This document shows, in pieces, positions 40,401 through 52,400 of a stretch of DNA of 64,000 nt. The notes beneath the pieces are model-generated. The model saw nothing but the letters and a program-made list of their open reading frames with translations, had not been told where the DNA came from and made no database searches. The stretch is from Scyliorhinus canicula (taxonomy: Eukaryota), in the NCBI RefSeq assembly GCF_902713615.1, contig NC_052164.1:79893830-79957829 (forward strand), read 5' to 3'. Numbering within the stretch: the first letter of the stretch is position 1; every line of letters begins with the position of its first letter. Position numbers and translations under genes: made by a program.

Positions 40401-43400
40401 CACGTTCCACCTGACCCACATGGGCACCATGCGCCCCTTGAGAGCCACCGTGGCATGGTGCCCCCCGCTGCTGACCGCCTAACTCTGATGCTCCCCCCCC
40501 CCCCCAACAGAATAAGACAGCCCACAACCATCGTGGGCATGCAAGAACTGGAAGGGGATCACCTGTTCTGCACCCCCTCACCGTCCATGAGCAGCCGACT
40601 CTGGACCACGCTGAGGGAGCCACCAGCCGGGAGGTAGCGCCGTGCCAGATCGGAGGCACAGCACCAAGTGAGACTCCCCTGCTTGGCTACACTCCCTCAA
40701 CCCCCCCTCACACTGATCCCCCCAGGCACTGCCCCCTCCACCCCCTAACCCACCCTCACACTCCACCCCCTCACACCCGACTCCGCATGTCTAACGAAAC
40801 ATGCTTTATTGTGTATTCCAGGGCCAGCCGCTGATCGTCCAGGACAGTGACGGACAGAGGACGGGGACTCAGGACAGTGACGCACAGAGGATGGCCAAAC
40901 AGATGTTGGACAGACCGGACACGGCCCCTCACATGGGCCGGAGACAATGTCCATCGGTCCAAGGCTCGACCCAGGAGACCCCAGACCTGGGATCCGATGA
41001 GGACATGGACCTTGCTCCACTGCTGACACCCACACCCTTCACCATTGCAGTCACCCTCACCTCGGTTGGGCACATTAATGATGAGGTTTCTGGGACACTG
41101 ACAGGTGCGCACCACACAGCCGAACCAGTACAGCAGGTGGAGGTAGGAGCAGCCGAGGAGCCGGACGGTCGGAGGGCAGCCCAGCCCCAGCATCCAGCTG
41201 CCACCCAGACGTTTCCCAGGTTCCTGGACTTACCAGACCCAGCCACAGACACGATGCATTTGGAAACCCAGGGAGTGGACAATGGGATGACAGCTGCCAT
41301 CCAGCACCTGCAGATGCAGTTGCAGGAGTCCATCCATGTCCAGGAGCAGGGAGTGGTGCCGGGCTGCCAGCCAGGCCGACACCGCACGGGTGGTGTCCGC
41401 GGTGGAGGCAATGGGGACAACGGGTTTCGGCCATGGGTCTGGTTCTGCAAGGCGTGGGGCTTCATGTGCACGCATCATCCGTGGTGCAGGACGGGGCTGC
41501 TCTCTCACAGGCAGCCATGTCCCAGAGCCAGCTGGACATTGCTGCCATGTACTGGGGTCTGGCCGAGTCTCAGCAGGCCATGGGCCAGTCTCAGCAGGCC
41601 AAGGGTCAGTCTCAGCAGGCCAAGGGCCAGTCTCAGCAGGCCATGGCGCAGTCTCAGCAGGCCATGGCGCAGTCTCAGCAGGCCAAGGGCCAGTCTCAGC
41701 AGGCCATGGCGCAGTCTCAGCAGGCCATGGCGCAGTCTCAGCAGGCCAAGGGCCAGTCTCAGCAGGCCATGGCGAAGTCTCAGCAGGCCATGGCGCAGTC
41801 TCAGCAGGCCATGGCGCAGTCTCAGCAGGCCATGGCGCAGTCTCAGCAGGCCATGGCGCAGTCTCAGCAGGCCATGGCGCAGTCTCAGCAGGCCATGGCG
41901 CAGTCTCAGCAGGCCATGGCGCAGTCTCAGCAGGCCATGGCCCAGTCTCAGCAGGCCATGGCCCAGTCTCAGCAGGCCATGGCCCAGTCTCAGCAGGCCA
42001 TGGCCCAGTCTCAGCAGGCCATGGCCCAGTCTCAGCAGGCCATGGCCCAGTCTCAGCAGGCCATGGCGCAGTCTCAGCAGGCCATGGCCCAGTCTCAGCA
42101 GGCCATGGCCCAGTCTCAGCAGGCCATCACTGAGAGCATCGGCGGCTAGATGGCGTGGCACAAGCCCACAGGGAGGTTGCACAGACCCTGACAGGGATGG
42201 CGCACTCCCTGAGCTCCATCGCTGCGAACGTTCAGACCCTGGTCGATGCCACAGCGGGCTTCCAGGACTGGCAGCGCCAGGTGTCGGTGGTGCCACTGCG
42301 CTTGTCTCCGCTCGCACCGCCGTCCCATAGTGAGGCCCAGGGGCCACCGTGCTCCCCGAGGGAGGAGGAAGTTCAAACTTAGCCCCTCAGATGATTCTCC
42401 GGGCGGCGTGGCGCCGACCTCGATGACTCCGTTCTCGTCGGTGGGGAGAATAGCATAACGGCGTCAGACCGGCATCGCGGAAAAATCCGGCGCGAGCGGC
42501 AATTCTCCCAAAATGCGCAGCATGGGAGAATTCCGCCCTGGGTCTTTGTTTCAGATTATGGTTTTTAGCACACCTTTCTTCCCAGCAAGCTTGAATGTTA
42601 AAGTTTCTGTTTGTACCCTGGAATGGTCGTCTCTGCAGATTCATTCATTTGTTCAAGTTCTCTGTAGTTTAGAAACACAGTAGTCACAGTTTTCCTGGGG
42701 AGGCACCTTCCCTTCATACTTTGCTTTCAGTTCGTGGTTTGTATTCAAGTCTCTGTAGCATAGTGTTCAGTAACATAGTGCTCACAGGCCTTCTGGAGAG
42801 AGATAGCATTCTTAGCAAGTTTTCTGGAGAGAGATGGCACTCACAGCAGGCTTTCTGGACAGAGAGTTTGTCGGTTCTGCCTCTATGTTGCCAGAATCAA
42901 AACTACAACCTTGGTACTCTGAAAAGTATTCCAGTGGGATAGGCTCCAATCACCACCTGTTACCGGACAGAGCACAGCCCTTTGTGCTAATTCTTTGGCC
43001 ACCAGCCAATCAATGTGAGTTCCAGCCCCATCTCCCTCAGATGTTGCCTGGTATGAATGGTGCTAGCTATGAAGAAAGTTTGAGTAGATTAGGATTGTTT
43101 TCGTTGCAAAGATGGAGGTTATGATTGAGGTCTACAAAATTATGAGGGGTATGGACGGGGTGGATAGCAACAAGCTTTTTCCAAGAGTGGGGGTGTCAAT
43201 CACAAGGGGTCACGATTTCAAGGTAAGAGGGGGAAAGTTTAAGGGAGATGTGTGTGGAAAGTTTTTTTACACAGAGGGTGGTGGGTGCCTGGAACGCTTT
43301 GCCAGCGGAGGTGGTAGAGGTGGGCACGATAGCATCATTTAAGATGTATCTAGACAGATATATGAACGGGCAGGGAACAGAGGGAAATAGATCCTTGGAA

Positions 43401-46400
43401 AATAGGCGACAGGTTTAGATAAAGGATCTGTATCGGCGCAGGCTGGGAGGGCCGAAGGGCCTGTTCTTGTGCTGTAATTTTCTTTGTTCTTTGTTCTTTG
43501 TAGATAAGTCTGCAGCTCTTGTTTAAGCCAGCCCAGACTATCATAAAGTTCTCCCCTCTAACTGGATGCATTTACTTGAATTAAAGACACAGGTTGCTTG
43601 CCTTAAAGAGGCATTAATCAACCATGGATCAAAATAAGAACGGCAAAATAAAAGAAAAGGGAAATAAGGGAATAAACAAGAAGGACCCTTACCACTATTT
43701 ATTTATATATGTAACATTTAGCCTTTCTACTACATAATTGGCCGACAGTTGCTTTTTTCAGTCTCTACGTAATCCTGGTTTTGGTTAAATTCCAAACCAA
43801 GTTGATTCTGAGATCTTATGGTCACTGTTGAATTATGAACATCGTGAATTTCCCAGATCTCCATCTGGGTGCCCTTGGTGCTTGCTGCTGATGAAGAGAG
43901 GTTTATCGGGCAGCTTGGGGCACCTGATTTTCCAGCCCATTAATCAGTAGCATGAGCTGAAATATCCTGATTTTCCCAGATAAACAACAATGATACCCAG
44001 GAAAATCCCTTCCACTAGGTTCATCATTTCACACTGTTACTCTGATTTACTTCCATCATCGGAATTTTCTTGTCCTCTTTCGTAGGAAGGGGTTCATTGG
44101 CCGCTTGCTTGCCATGTGATCCAGGGCATTACTGTGCCAACACCGGCCTTGCCCAACCCAGCGGCTTGTGTTTTGAAGGTTATTACTGCATCAGACATGC
44201 CTCCCAGCCTAACCCACAAGGTATGTGTAAAGGATTTAATGTTATAATATGAATTATTTCAATTCAAAATCCCAGGAACTTTCCAATATTCCATCTCAGT
44301 TTAAAACAGTTAATTAACACTGCAATTGAGTAACTGTGAAAAGCACATAGTCGCCACATTCTGGCACCTGTTCGGGTACACAGAGGGAGAATTCAGAATG
44401 TACAAATTACCTAATATCACGTCTTTCGGGACTTGTGGGAGGAATCGGGAGCACCCGGAGGAAACACACGCAGACACAGGAAGAACATGCAGACTCCACA
44501 CAAGCAGTGACCCAAGCCGGAAATCGAACCTGGGACTCTGGAGCTGTGAAGCAACAGAACTACCCACTGTGTTACCGTGCTGTCCACAGTCACAGATACA
44601 TTTTAGTTATACATTCCACTATAGTGAAATCAAGGACCTCTTCCAGACCAGACAAATTAAGTTTACATTAATGGATCTGTCAGCTCTATGTGTTTGTGCT
44701 TGAACCCAAAGGCTGTGGTTTTCGATTAACGTTTATATTATTCAAAGGAGCAATTTATCCTAGTCAGTCAGAATGCAGTGTTTATCTCTGAAACCCCGTG
44801 TCTGCGTGGGTTTCCTCTGGGTTATCTGGGGCGGAATTCTCCGACCCCCCCCCCCCCCCCCCGCAGGGTCGGGGAATCGCCCGGGGGGCGGTGTAAATCC
44901 TGCCCCCGCCATGGCCGGAATTTTCCGCCACCTGAGAATCGGCGGGGGCGGGAATCGCGCCTCGCCGGTTGGCGGGCCCCCCACGCCGATCGGCGAGCCC
45001 CCCGCGGCGATTCTCCGGCCTGCGATGGGCCGAAGTCCCGCCGCTGTCAGGCCTCTCCCGCTGACGTGGTTTAAACCACCTCTGTGCCGGCGGGAGCAGG
45101 CGACGCGAGCGGACCCCGGGGTCCTGGGGGGTGCCCCCAAATTGGCTTGGCCCGCAATCGGGGCCCACCGATCGGCAGGCGGGCCAGTGCCGTGGGGGCA
45201 CTCTTTTTCTTCCGCTGGCGCCACGGCTTCCACCAAGGCGGAGGCGGAAGAGACCCCCTCCACCGCGCATGCGCCGGTGGTGACGGCAGCGGCCGCTGAC
45301 GCTCCAGCGCATGCGCGGACTCTCACCGACCGGCAAAGGCCTTTCGGCCAGCCCTGACGCCGGGTGGTGTGTCGCCAAAGGCTGTTGGCACCAGTTGTCG
45401 GAGCGGGAGCCACTCCGGCGTGGGCCCAGCCCCTAAAGGTGCGGAGAATTCCGCACCTTTGGGGAGTCCCGACGCCGGAGTGGTTGGCGCCACTCCACTA
45501 CGCCGGGACCCCCCGCCCCGCCGGATAGGGGAGAATTTCACCCCTGATTTCCTCACGGTCCAAAGGAGTGCAGGTTAGGTGGCGCTACTGGGTTAGGTCA
45601 GGAGTGGGCCTTGATAGGGTGCTCTTTTGAGTGGTCATTGCAGATTCAATAGGCTCAATGGCCCCCTGCGCTGTAGGGATTCTATGAATATTGAGCCTAA
45701 GCTAGTATTTGAAGTCAAGCAATTCTCATAATGGTATCGTATGTCTTAACGAACTGCAATTTGGACCTAAATCTGTTTGCCTGTAACTTTTTCAAGGGGA
45801 GCAGTTAAACATCTATTCCTTCCATCACCAGAACACAATGAAAGAAGTGTGTACTAGACACCAAATATACTGCAGCAACTCGCCAAGCCACCTTTGGTGT
45901 TACATTCTAAACCTGCGACGTGTACCACTCAGAAAGGCAAGGACAGAATATGCATGGGAACACGACAAACTGCAAGTTCACCTCAGAGTCACGTGCCATC
46001 CTGAGCTGAAACAATATCCCCGTTCCTTCACTGTCGTCAAGTCCCGCTGTAGACTTGAACGCAATAATCCCATCTGACAAGGCAGTGCAAAATTGAGGGA
46101 GTGCTGCATTATTGGAGGTGCCATCATTTGAATGAGATGCGAAACCAAAGCTCCACCTAACCTTTCAAGTAGACACACAGGGTGGGATTCTCCTGTCTTG
46201 CTGCAGTGAATGGGGGATTTGGCTGAACCCCAAATTTGCAGGGTGGACCCACAGTGGAGAATCCCGGCCCAAAGAAAATCCAATTGCATTATTTCAAAGA
46301 AGAGCAGGCGAGTTCTCCTCAGCCTCCTGGTCAATATTTATCACAACGTCAACCCTTACTTTAAAATATATCTAGATTACTTGGTCATTATCACATTTTT

Positions 46401-49400
46401 TGCTTGGGTTCTTGCTATGCACATAGTAACTGCCACGTTTCCTACATTGTCATGTGAGAGAACCTTTAAGAAATGAAGCAGCTCATATTACTGAAGAGAT
46501 GTCAGAGGGTGGGGAGAGCTGAGCTGTGCTCACTTCTGTTTTTGTTTTCAGTTTTGAGGAAAAGAGCTTGGGTGTGTCTGGGTTTGGAGTGAACTGGATC
46601 TGTTGTGACCTCTGCCATGAAAGACTATCTCTGAATCATTTGGGTGATTTAAACTCATAATAGTAATGTCTTTAACCTGATGTGTTTCTGTTTAAAGGTG
46701 TTAAGTCTCTTGGATTTTTAAAGGAACAACTGAAGGATTATTTAGTGTTGTATTATTTTCGGGATTATCTTTGAAGTAAGGGATGTTGAGTGATCCAATG
46801 TTTATTTAAAAGGTTAAGTTGAATTCATGGAATAAACATTGTTTTGTGTTTAAAAACGCACATGTCCATAATTGTAATACCACATCTGGGGAACAAGCTG
46901 TGTGCTTCAAAAGCAACAATCCATTAACTGGAGAGGTTGGTTGAGCTCCATGATACATTTTGGGGTTCTGAAAACGCCTCTCCCATAACAATTACAACAG
47001 TGACTATGCCTTGAAAGTTCTTAAATGGCTATAACTCACTTTGGGACATGCTCCTGAAAGGTGCTGTATAAATGCAAGTGTTTTCTTCAATTTGGCCACC
47101 TTTGCTGCATTCTCCCTCACATCTCCCCTGATGGTAACAGTTATAAACCCATCAAAGCAAGTGAGAAAACTAGAAAATCACAACTATGACGTTCTTATTT
47201 GTATTCTTAACAACTTTCTCATTTGTTTTTCAGATGGTGAAAGTGGTGGTGTTTGCCCGGGGGGATTTTATTGTCAAGCTGGAACCCACAGCCCTGTCCC
47301 TTGCCCAATTACGACTTTCCTTAATCATAGTGGTGGGGCTGTGTGTGATGTATGCCCTGCTGGATTTTACTGTATCCATGGCAACGGAATTAACCCATGC
47401 CCATTAGGGTTCTATTGTCCAGAAGGTACAGGAGCAACAATCTCCCCTTGCCCTGCAGGTGAGTAGAATACAAGAAAATTGCTTCCTGATTTAAAGTCTT
47501 TGTGGTCAATAGGACTTGAATATTTCTTGTTCAACCTATTATTTTTATTTATTTGTTTACGGGATGTGGACATCACTGGCTAGGTCAGCATTTGTTGCCC
47601 ATCCCTCATTGCCCTTGAGAAGGTGGCGGTATGCTGCCTTCTTGAACAGCTTCATAGGAATACATTCTGTATTTTTAGGGAGGGGGGTTCCAGGACTTTG
47701 ACCCAGCGACAGAGAAGGAAGGACAAGCTGGATGGAATGTGACACAAAGGGGAACTTGCAGGTGGTAGTGTTTCCAAGTATCTTCTGCCCTTGTCCTTTG
47801 AGTTGGTAGAGGTTGTTGGTTTGGAAGGTGCTGTTAAAAGAGCCATCGTGAGTTGCTGAAATGCATCTTTTAGATGGTGTACACTGCTGCCACTTTGCAT
47901 TGGTGATGAAGGGTCTGACTACTTGAGTTGGTGGATGGGCTGCTTTCTCCTGTATGATGTCGAGCTTCTTGAGTGTTGTTGGAGCTGCACTCGTCCAGGC
48001 AAAAGGAGACTATTCCATCACGTTCCTGGCTTTTGCCTTGTAGATAGTGGACAGGCTTTGGAAAGTTAGGAGGTGAGTAACTTACAGCATATTTCCCAGA
48101 CTCTGATCTGCTGTTGTAGCCACAGTATTTATATGGATTATCCAATTCAGTTTCCGGTTAATGGATGTTGATTGTGGGGGTACAGTGATGGTAATACCAT
48201 TGAATGTCAAGGTGTGATGGTTAGATTCTCTCTTGTTGAAGATTATCATTGCATGGCACTTGTGTCATGAATATTAGTTTGTCGCTTGTCAGCCCCAGCC
48301 TGAATTTTGTCCAGGTGTTGCTGCATGTGGACACAGATTGCCTCAGTAACTGAGGAGTCGCAATTGGCTATGAACATTTTGTAATCATCAGCAAATGTTC
48401 CGTACAGGGTGAATGCCTCAACTTCATGCGTGAGGCTAGAGTCGATACAGCTAAAGGTAGTGCACAGAGCGCACCTGACAGTCGAGAATGAGCCGGTTGT
48501 TTGAGGGGGTGGAGGATATTTGTGAGCGGTGGGGGAGGGGGCCCAGCCAATCATGTACACACTTTCTGGTCAAGCCCAAAGTTGGAGTAGTTTTGGGGGT
48601 TGTTCTTCAGCACCATGTCGGCATGTAGACTTAGAGCCCAGACCCCTGGGGGCCATGTTCAGGGTGTCGGATTTGCCGGAGTTGCAGGCGGGTGAAGGAG
48701 CAGATGTTTTAGCCTTTACCTCATTGATCACTCGCAGGGATATTGTCAATTTGGCACTGACTCTTTGAAGGAGCTGTCCAATTGGTCTCATTCCTCTGCT
48801 GTGTCTCCCATTGCGTTGATTTTTCTTTCACCTTCACCTTCAAGTATTTATAGAAACATGAAGTACAGAGAATAGGAGCAGGAGTAGACCATTCAGCCCT
48901 TCTACCCTACTCTGCCATTCATTACATAATATAATTGATCATCCAACTCCATAACCTCTTCCCGCTTTCCCCATATCCTTTGATCCCATTAGCCCCAAGA
49001 GTTATATCTATCTCCTTCTTGAAAACATATAATGTTTTGGCCTCAACTACTTCCTGTGGTAGAGAAATCGACAGGCTCACCATTCTGTGGGTGAAGACCT
49101 TTTTCCTCATCTCAGTCCTAAATGGTTTAGCCCATATCCTCATACTGAGAGCCCTGGTTCTGGACTCCCCTACCATTAGTAGCATTCTTCCTGCATCTAC
49201 CCTGTCTAGTCCTGTTAGAATCTTCTAGATTTCTATGACTCTCCCCTCCCGCCCATTCTTCTAAACTCCAGTAAATATAACCTTAACCAACTTAGTCTCT
49301 CCTCGTGTGTCAGTCCCACCACCCCAGGAATCAGTCTGGTAAACCTCTCTCTACCCTCCCCCTCCCCCCACCCATAGCAAATACATCTTTCCTCTGACAA

Positions 49401-52400
49401 AGAGACCAACACTGAACACAATGGGCGGAATTCTCTCTCCCCCCCCCCCCCCCCCCCCCACACACACGCCGGGTGGGAGAATCGCCCGGGAGCGAGTGAG
49501 TCCCGGCACCCGCACGCGGTTCTCCCACCCCCCCAAACCAGCGCTGCGAGATTCACGGCTGGCCGCTGGGAGAATCGCTGCTCGCCGTTTGTAACAGGCG
49601 AGTGGCGATACTTCGGCATGGATGGGCCGAGCGGCATGCCCAACACGACAAGTTCCCGTCGGCGCCGTCCACACCTGGTCGATGCCGGCGGGAACAGCGC
49701 GGAAACGCTGGGGGTGTGGCCTGTGGGAGGGGGAGGGGGGTTCTTGCACCGAGGGAGGCCTCAAAAGGGGTCTGGCCCACGATCGGTGCCCACCGATCAG
49801 CGGGCCGGCATCTCCGAAGGTGGACCTCCTTTCCTCCGCCGCCCCGCTAGATCCATCCGACATCTTCTTGCGGGGCGGCCGCGTGGAGGACAGCAACCTG
49901 GCATGCGCGGGTTGGCACCAGCCAACCTATGCATGCGCGGGTGACGTCATTTACGTGGCACCGCTTTTACACGGCGAAAAGGCCCGGCGCGCGTAACTGA
50001 TGTGGGAGAATAGGGGGCCTGGGAGCGGCCTCCGATGCCGGAGTGAAACACTCTGGTTTTCACTCCGGCGTCAGGACTTAGTCTCCCGATGGGAGAATTG
50101 CGCCCAATATTCCAGGTGTGTTCTCACCAAGGCTCTGTATCATTGCATCATGACATCCCTGCTCCTGTACTCCAATCTTCTCGCCACGAAGGCCAACATA
50201 CCATTTGCCCTCTTTATCGCCTGCTGCACATGCATGCTTACATTCAGCAACTGGTGTACAAGGACACCCAGGCCCTGTTGCACATTCCCCTCTCTCAATT
50301 TATATCTACATCCATTTTTGAAAGCTTTGAATGACCCCTTCAGCACGTACACAAGCAATGAAGAGGTATGTATTCTTTACTTCAGGGACATATGGAGGAC
50401 GCATAGGTTTGAAAGAAGAGAATGAATGTCTGCCATGTACAGGAGGATTCTATTGTGCTCAAGATGGCCTCTCTTCGCCACAGGGAAAGTGTGACCTTGG
50501 ACACTATTGTATCTCGGGTAAGCCAGTCTGGTATTTAAATCAGTCTAGATTCTGATTAAGAAAATTGAAAGGAGAAAATCTCAACAATAAATGTGCTATC
50601 AGAAATTTCAGATGCAAACTTTTTGAACTTGAATAATTTTTGGACGTCATTTGAAATTTGACAACTTTTCGATGCAGAATATAATAATACTTACATTTAT
50701 TTATTTACATTTTTTTACACCTTCATTTAGCCAGGTAAATCAATTGAAAACCAATTCTCATTTACTATAACTTGTAAATTTGGCACTCGGCCAAATCTTC
50801 TGTTCACTGCAGGGAACCAGAATGTCTGACCTTTAGTCTCATTTCAGGCAGAAAGATCAGTGAGTCTCCTGCCCGCTGTTCCGGTGCAATTCCCCTCGTA
50901 ATTCTCTCACTTTTGGATATTGTTTTGGAGCCTGGGGTGTAACCCACCGTCAAAGTCATTTGTGTCCCATAGATGCCAGCAAACCCTGCCTCTCAGAGAT
51001 CAGGGTGACCTTTTTATAAGGGCTCCCGATCGCAAAATAGGAGTGCAGCCCCTCGCCCACCCACCATAGCACAGTGGTTAGCACTGTTGCTTCATAGCTC
51101 CAAGATCCCAGGTTCGATTCCCGGCTTGGGTCACGGTCTGTGCGGTGTCTGCATGTTCTCCGCGTGTCTGCGTGGGTTTCCTCGCGTGCTCCAGTTTCTC
51201 CCACAGTCCAAAGATGTGCAGGTCGGGTGGATTGGCCATGCTAAATTGCCCTTGGTGTCCACAAAGGTGAGATGGGGTTACTGAGTTACGGGGATAGGGT
51301 GGAGGTGGTGGGCTTAAGTAAGGTGCTCTTTCCAAGGGCCGGTGCAGACGCGATGGGCCGAATGGCCTCCGTCTGCACTGCCAATTCTATAATTCAGGCC
51401 CTGCCTCTTTCTTGCCAGCATCAGGCTGCTCCGTTCAACGCCCACATGAACCCTTTTTAGAGGCTCTCCCGCTATTCTCTGGGAATAGTGGATGTGCGCT
51501 GGAACCAACATGGGCAGAGAATCAGCCCCAACAGATTTTACTCTGCTCTCCAAATATTCCTGTTCTGCCAATGGCACGCATCATGGGCGGAATGGATAAA
51601 TCACACCCTGCATTTCAGGTCTGTCAATGGACCATTATCCTGAAAGATTAATTCTGCTCCTCTCTCCAGAGACACTACCAGATTGGCTGAGTATTTCTGG
51701 AATTTTCTGTTTTTATTTCCACTGGATTGTAAAATTTTTTTTTGGAATAATTTCACAACCTTCAGGCCCCTGTTCGCAAGAGGTCACAAACGTTTGTCAT
51801 CACGATAAAGTCCTAATAAATTTTAAGTGCTATATCTGTTAAAAGCATCATACTCCCCATTCCAGAAAGATAAAAGTGGTGCATCACCATCAATTATTGA
51901 AATTTAGCAATTACATATGGCTATCATATGGGACAGATGTTCTTCCTAATCTTTCAGAAATCGTATTGGTTTTTCTCTGGTCAGGAAGGAAAGCCAACCT
52001 GTTGTATCTCCATGTAATGCTATTTTCATCTTGATACCTTAGAGAATTCAGGATATCTAACATGATATATGCCTGAAATGCAGCGTATTACAATAAATAC
52101 TTAACAGCGATTGAACGTAACCATGCCATAACATGTAAATATATTGCTGTGAGTTGTGACATGTATTTGAAAAGGAAAAATAGCCAATGTTCATTCATTT
52201 TTTGGTGAAAATTATAAAAGAAGCTGTAGTGGGTTAATCCAGTGCATAGCTGCGCTATATAGAGCAAGAATTCTTTATTTGAGGTCCCAGGGTTAAGGAA
52301 GGTGGAGTCACTCAAAGTTCCCACTTCTAATGACAATGCAGCACCTTTAACTGGAAGAGAACTTGTGTGCACATTGTCTGAGGAGAGGTGTGGACTTGGG

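Larger units (their letters stand above)
39839..42538 (+). mobile_element. Non-autonomous PIF/Harbinger element retaining only the Myb/SANT gene
   Basis: TIRs gggcaggattccct / ggagaattccgccc as in the MITEs; internal spliced Myb/SANT-like gene; no transposase ORF seen. Confidence 0.82.
39532..43693 (-). mobile_element. LTR-like sequence split by the Harbinger element and a CR1 fragment
   Basis: Non-coding sequence continues across both inserts; ends ...cccttacca; minus-strand AATAAA; no clean TSD. Confidence 0.45.

Noticed and set aside
41568-42125. CRISPR-like array
   Set aside because: Head-to-tail 21-bp units with no unique spacers, in a vertebrate intron with no cas genes
40801-42347. 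509-aa, 265-aa and 280-aa ORFs (SRPWRSL, VSAGHGA and GLLRLGH repeats) as real proteins
   Set aside because: They are alternative frames of a stop-free minisatellite; only the SQQAMAQ frame matches the flanking heptad sequence, and the gene is frameshifted
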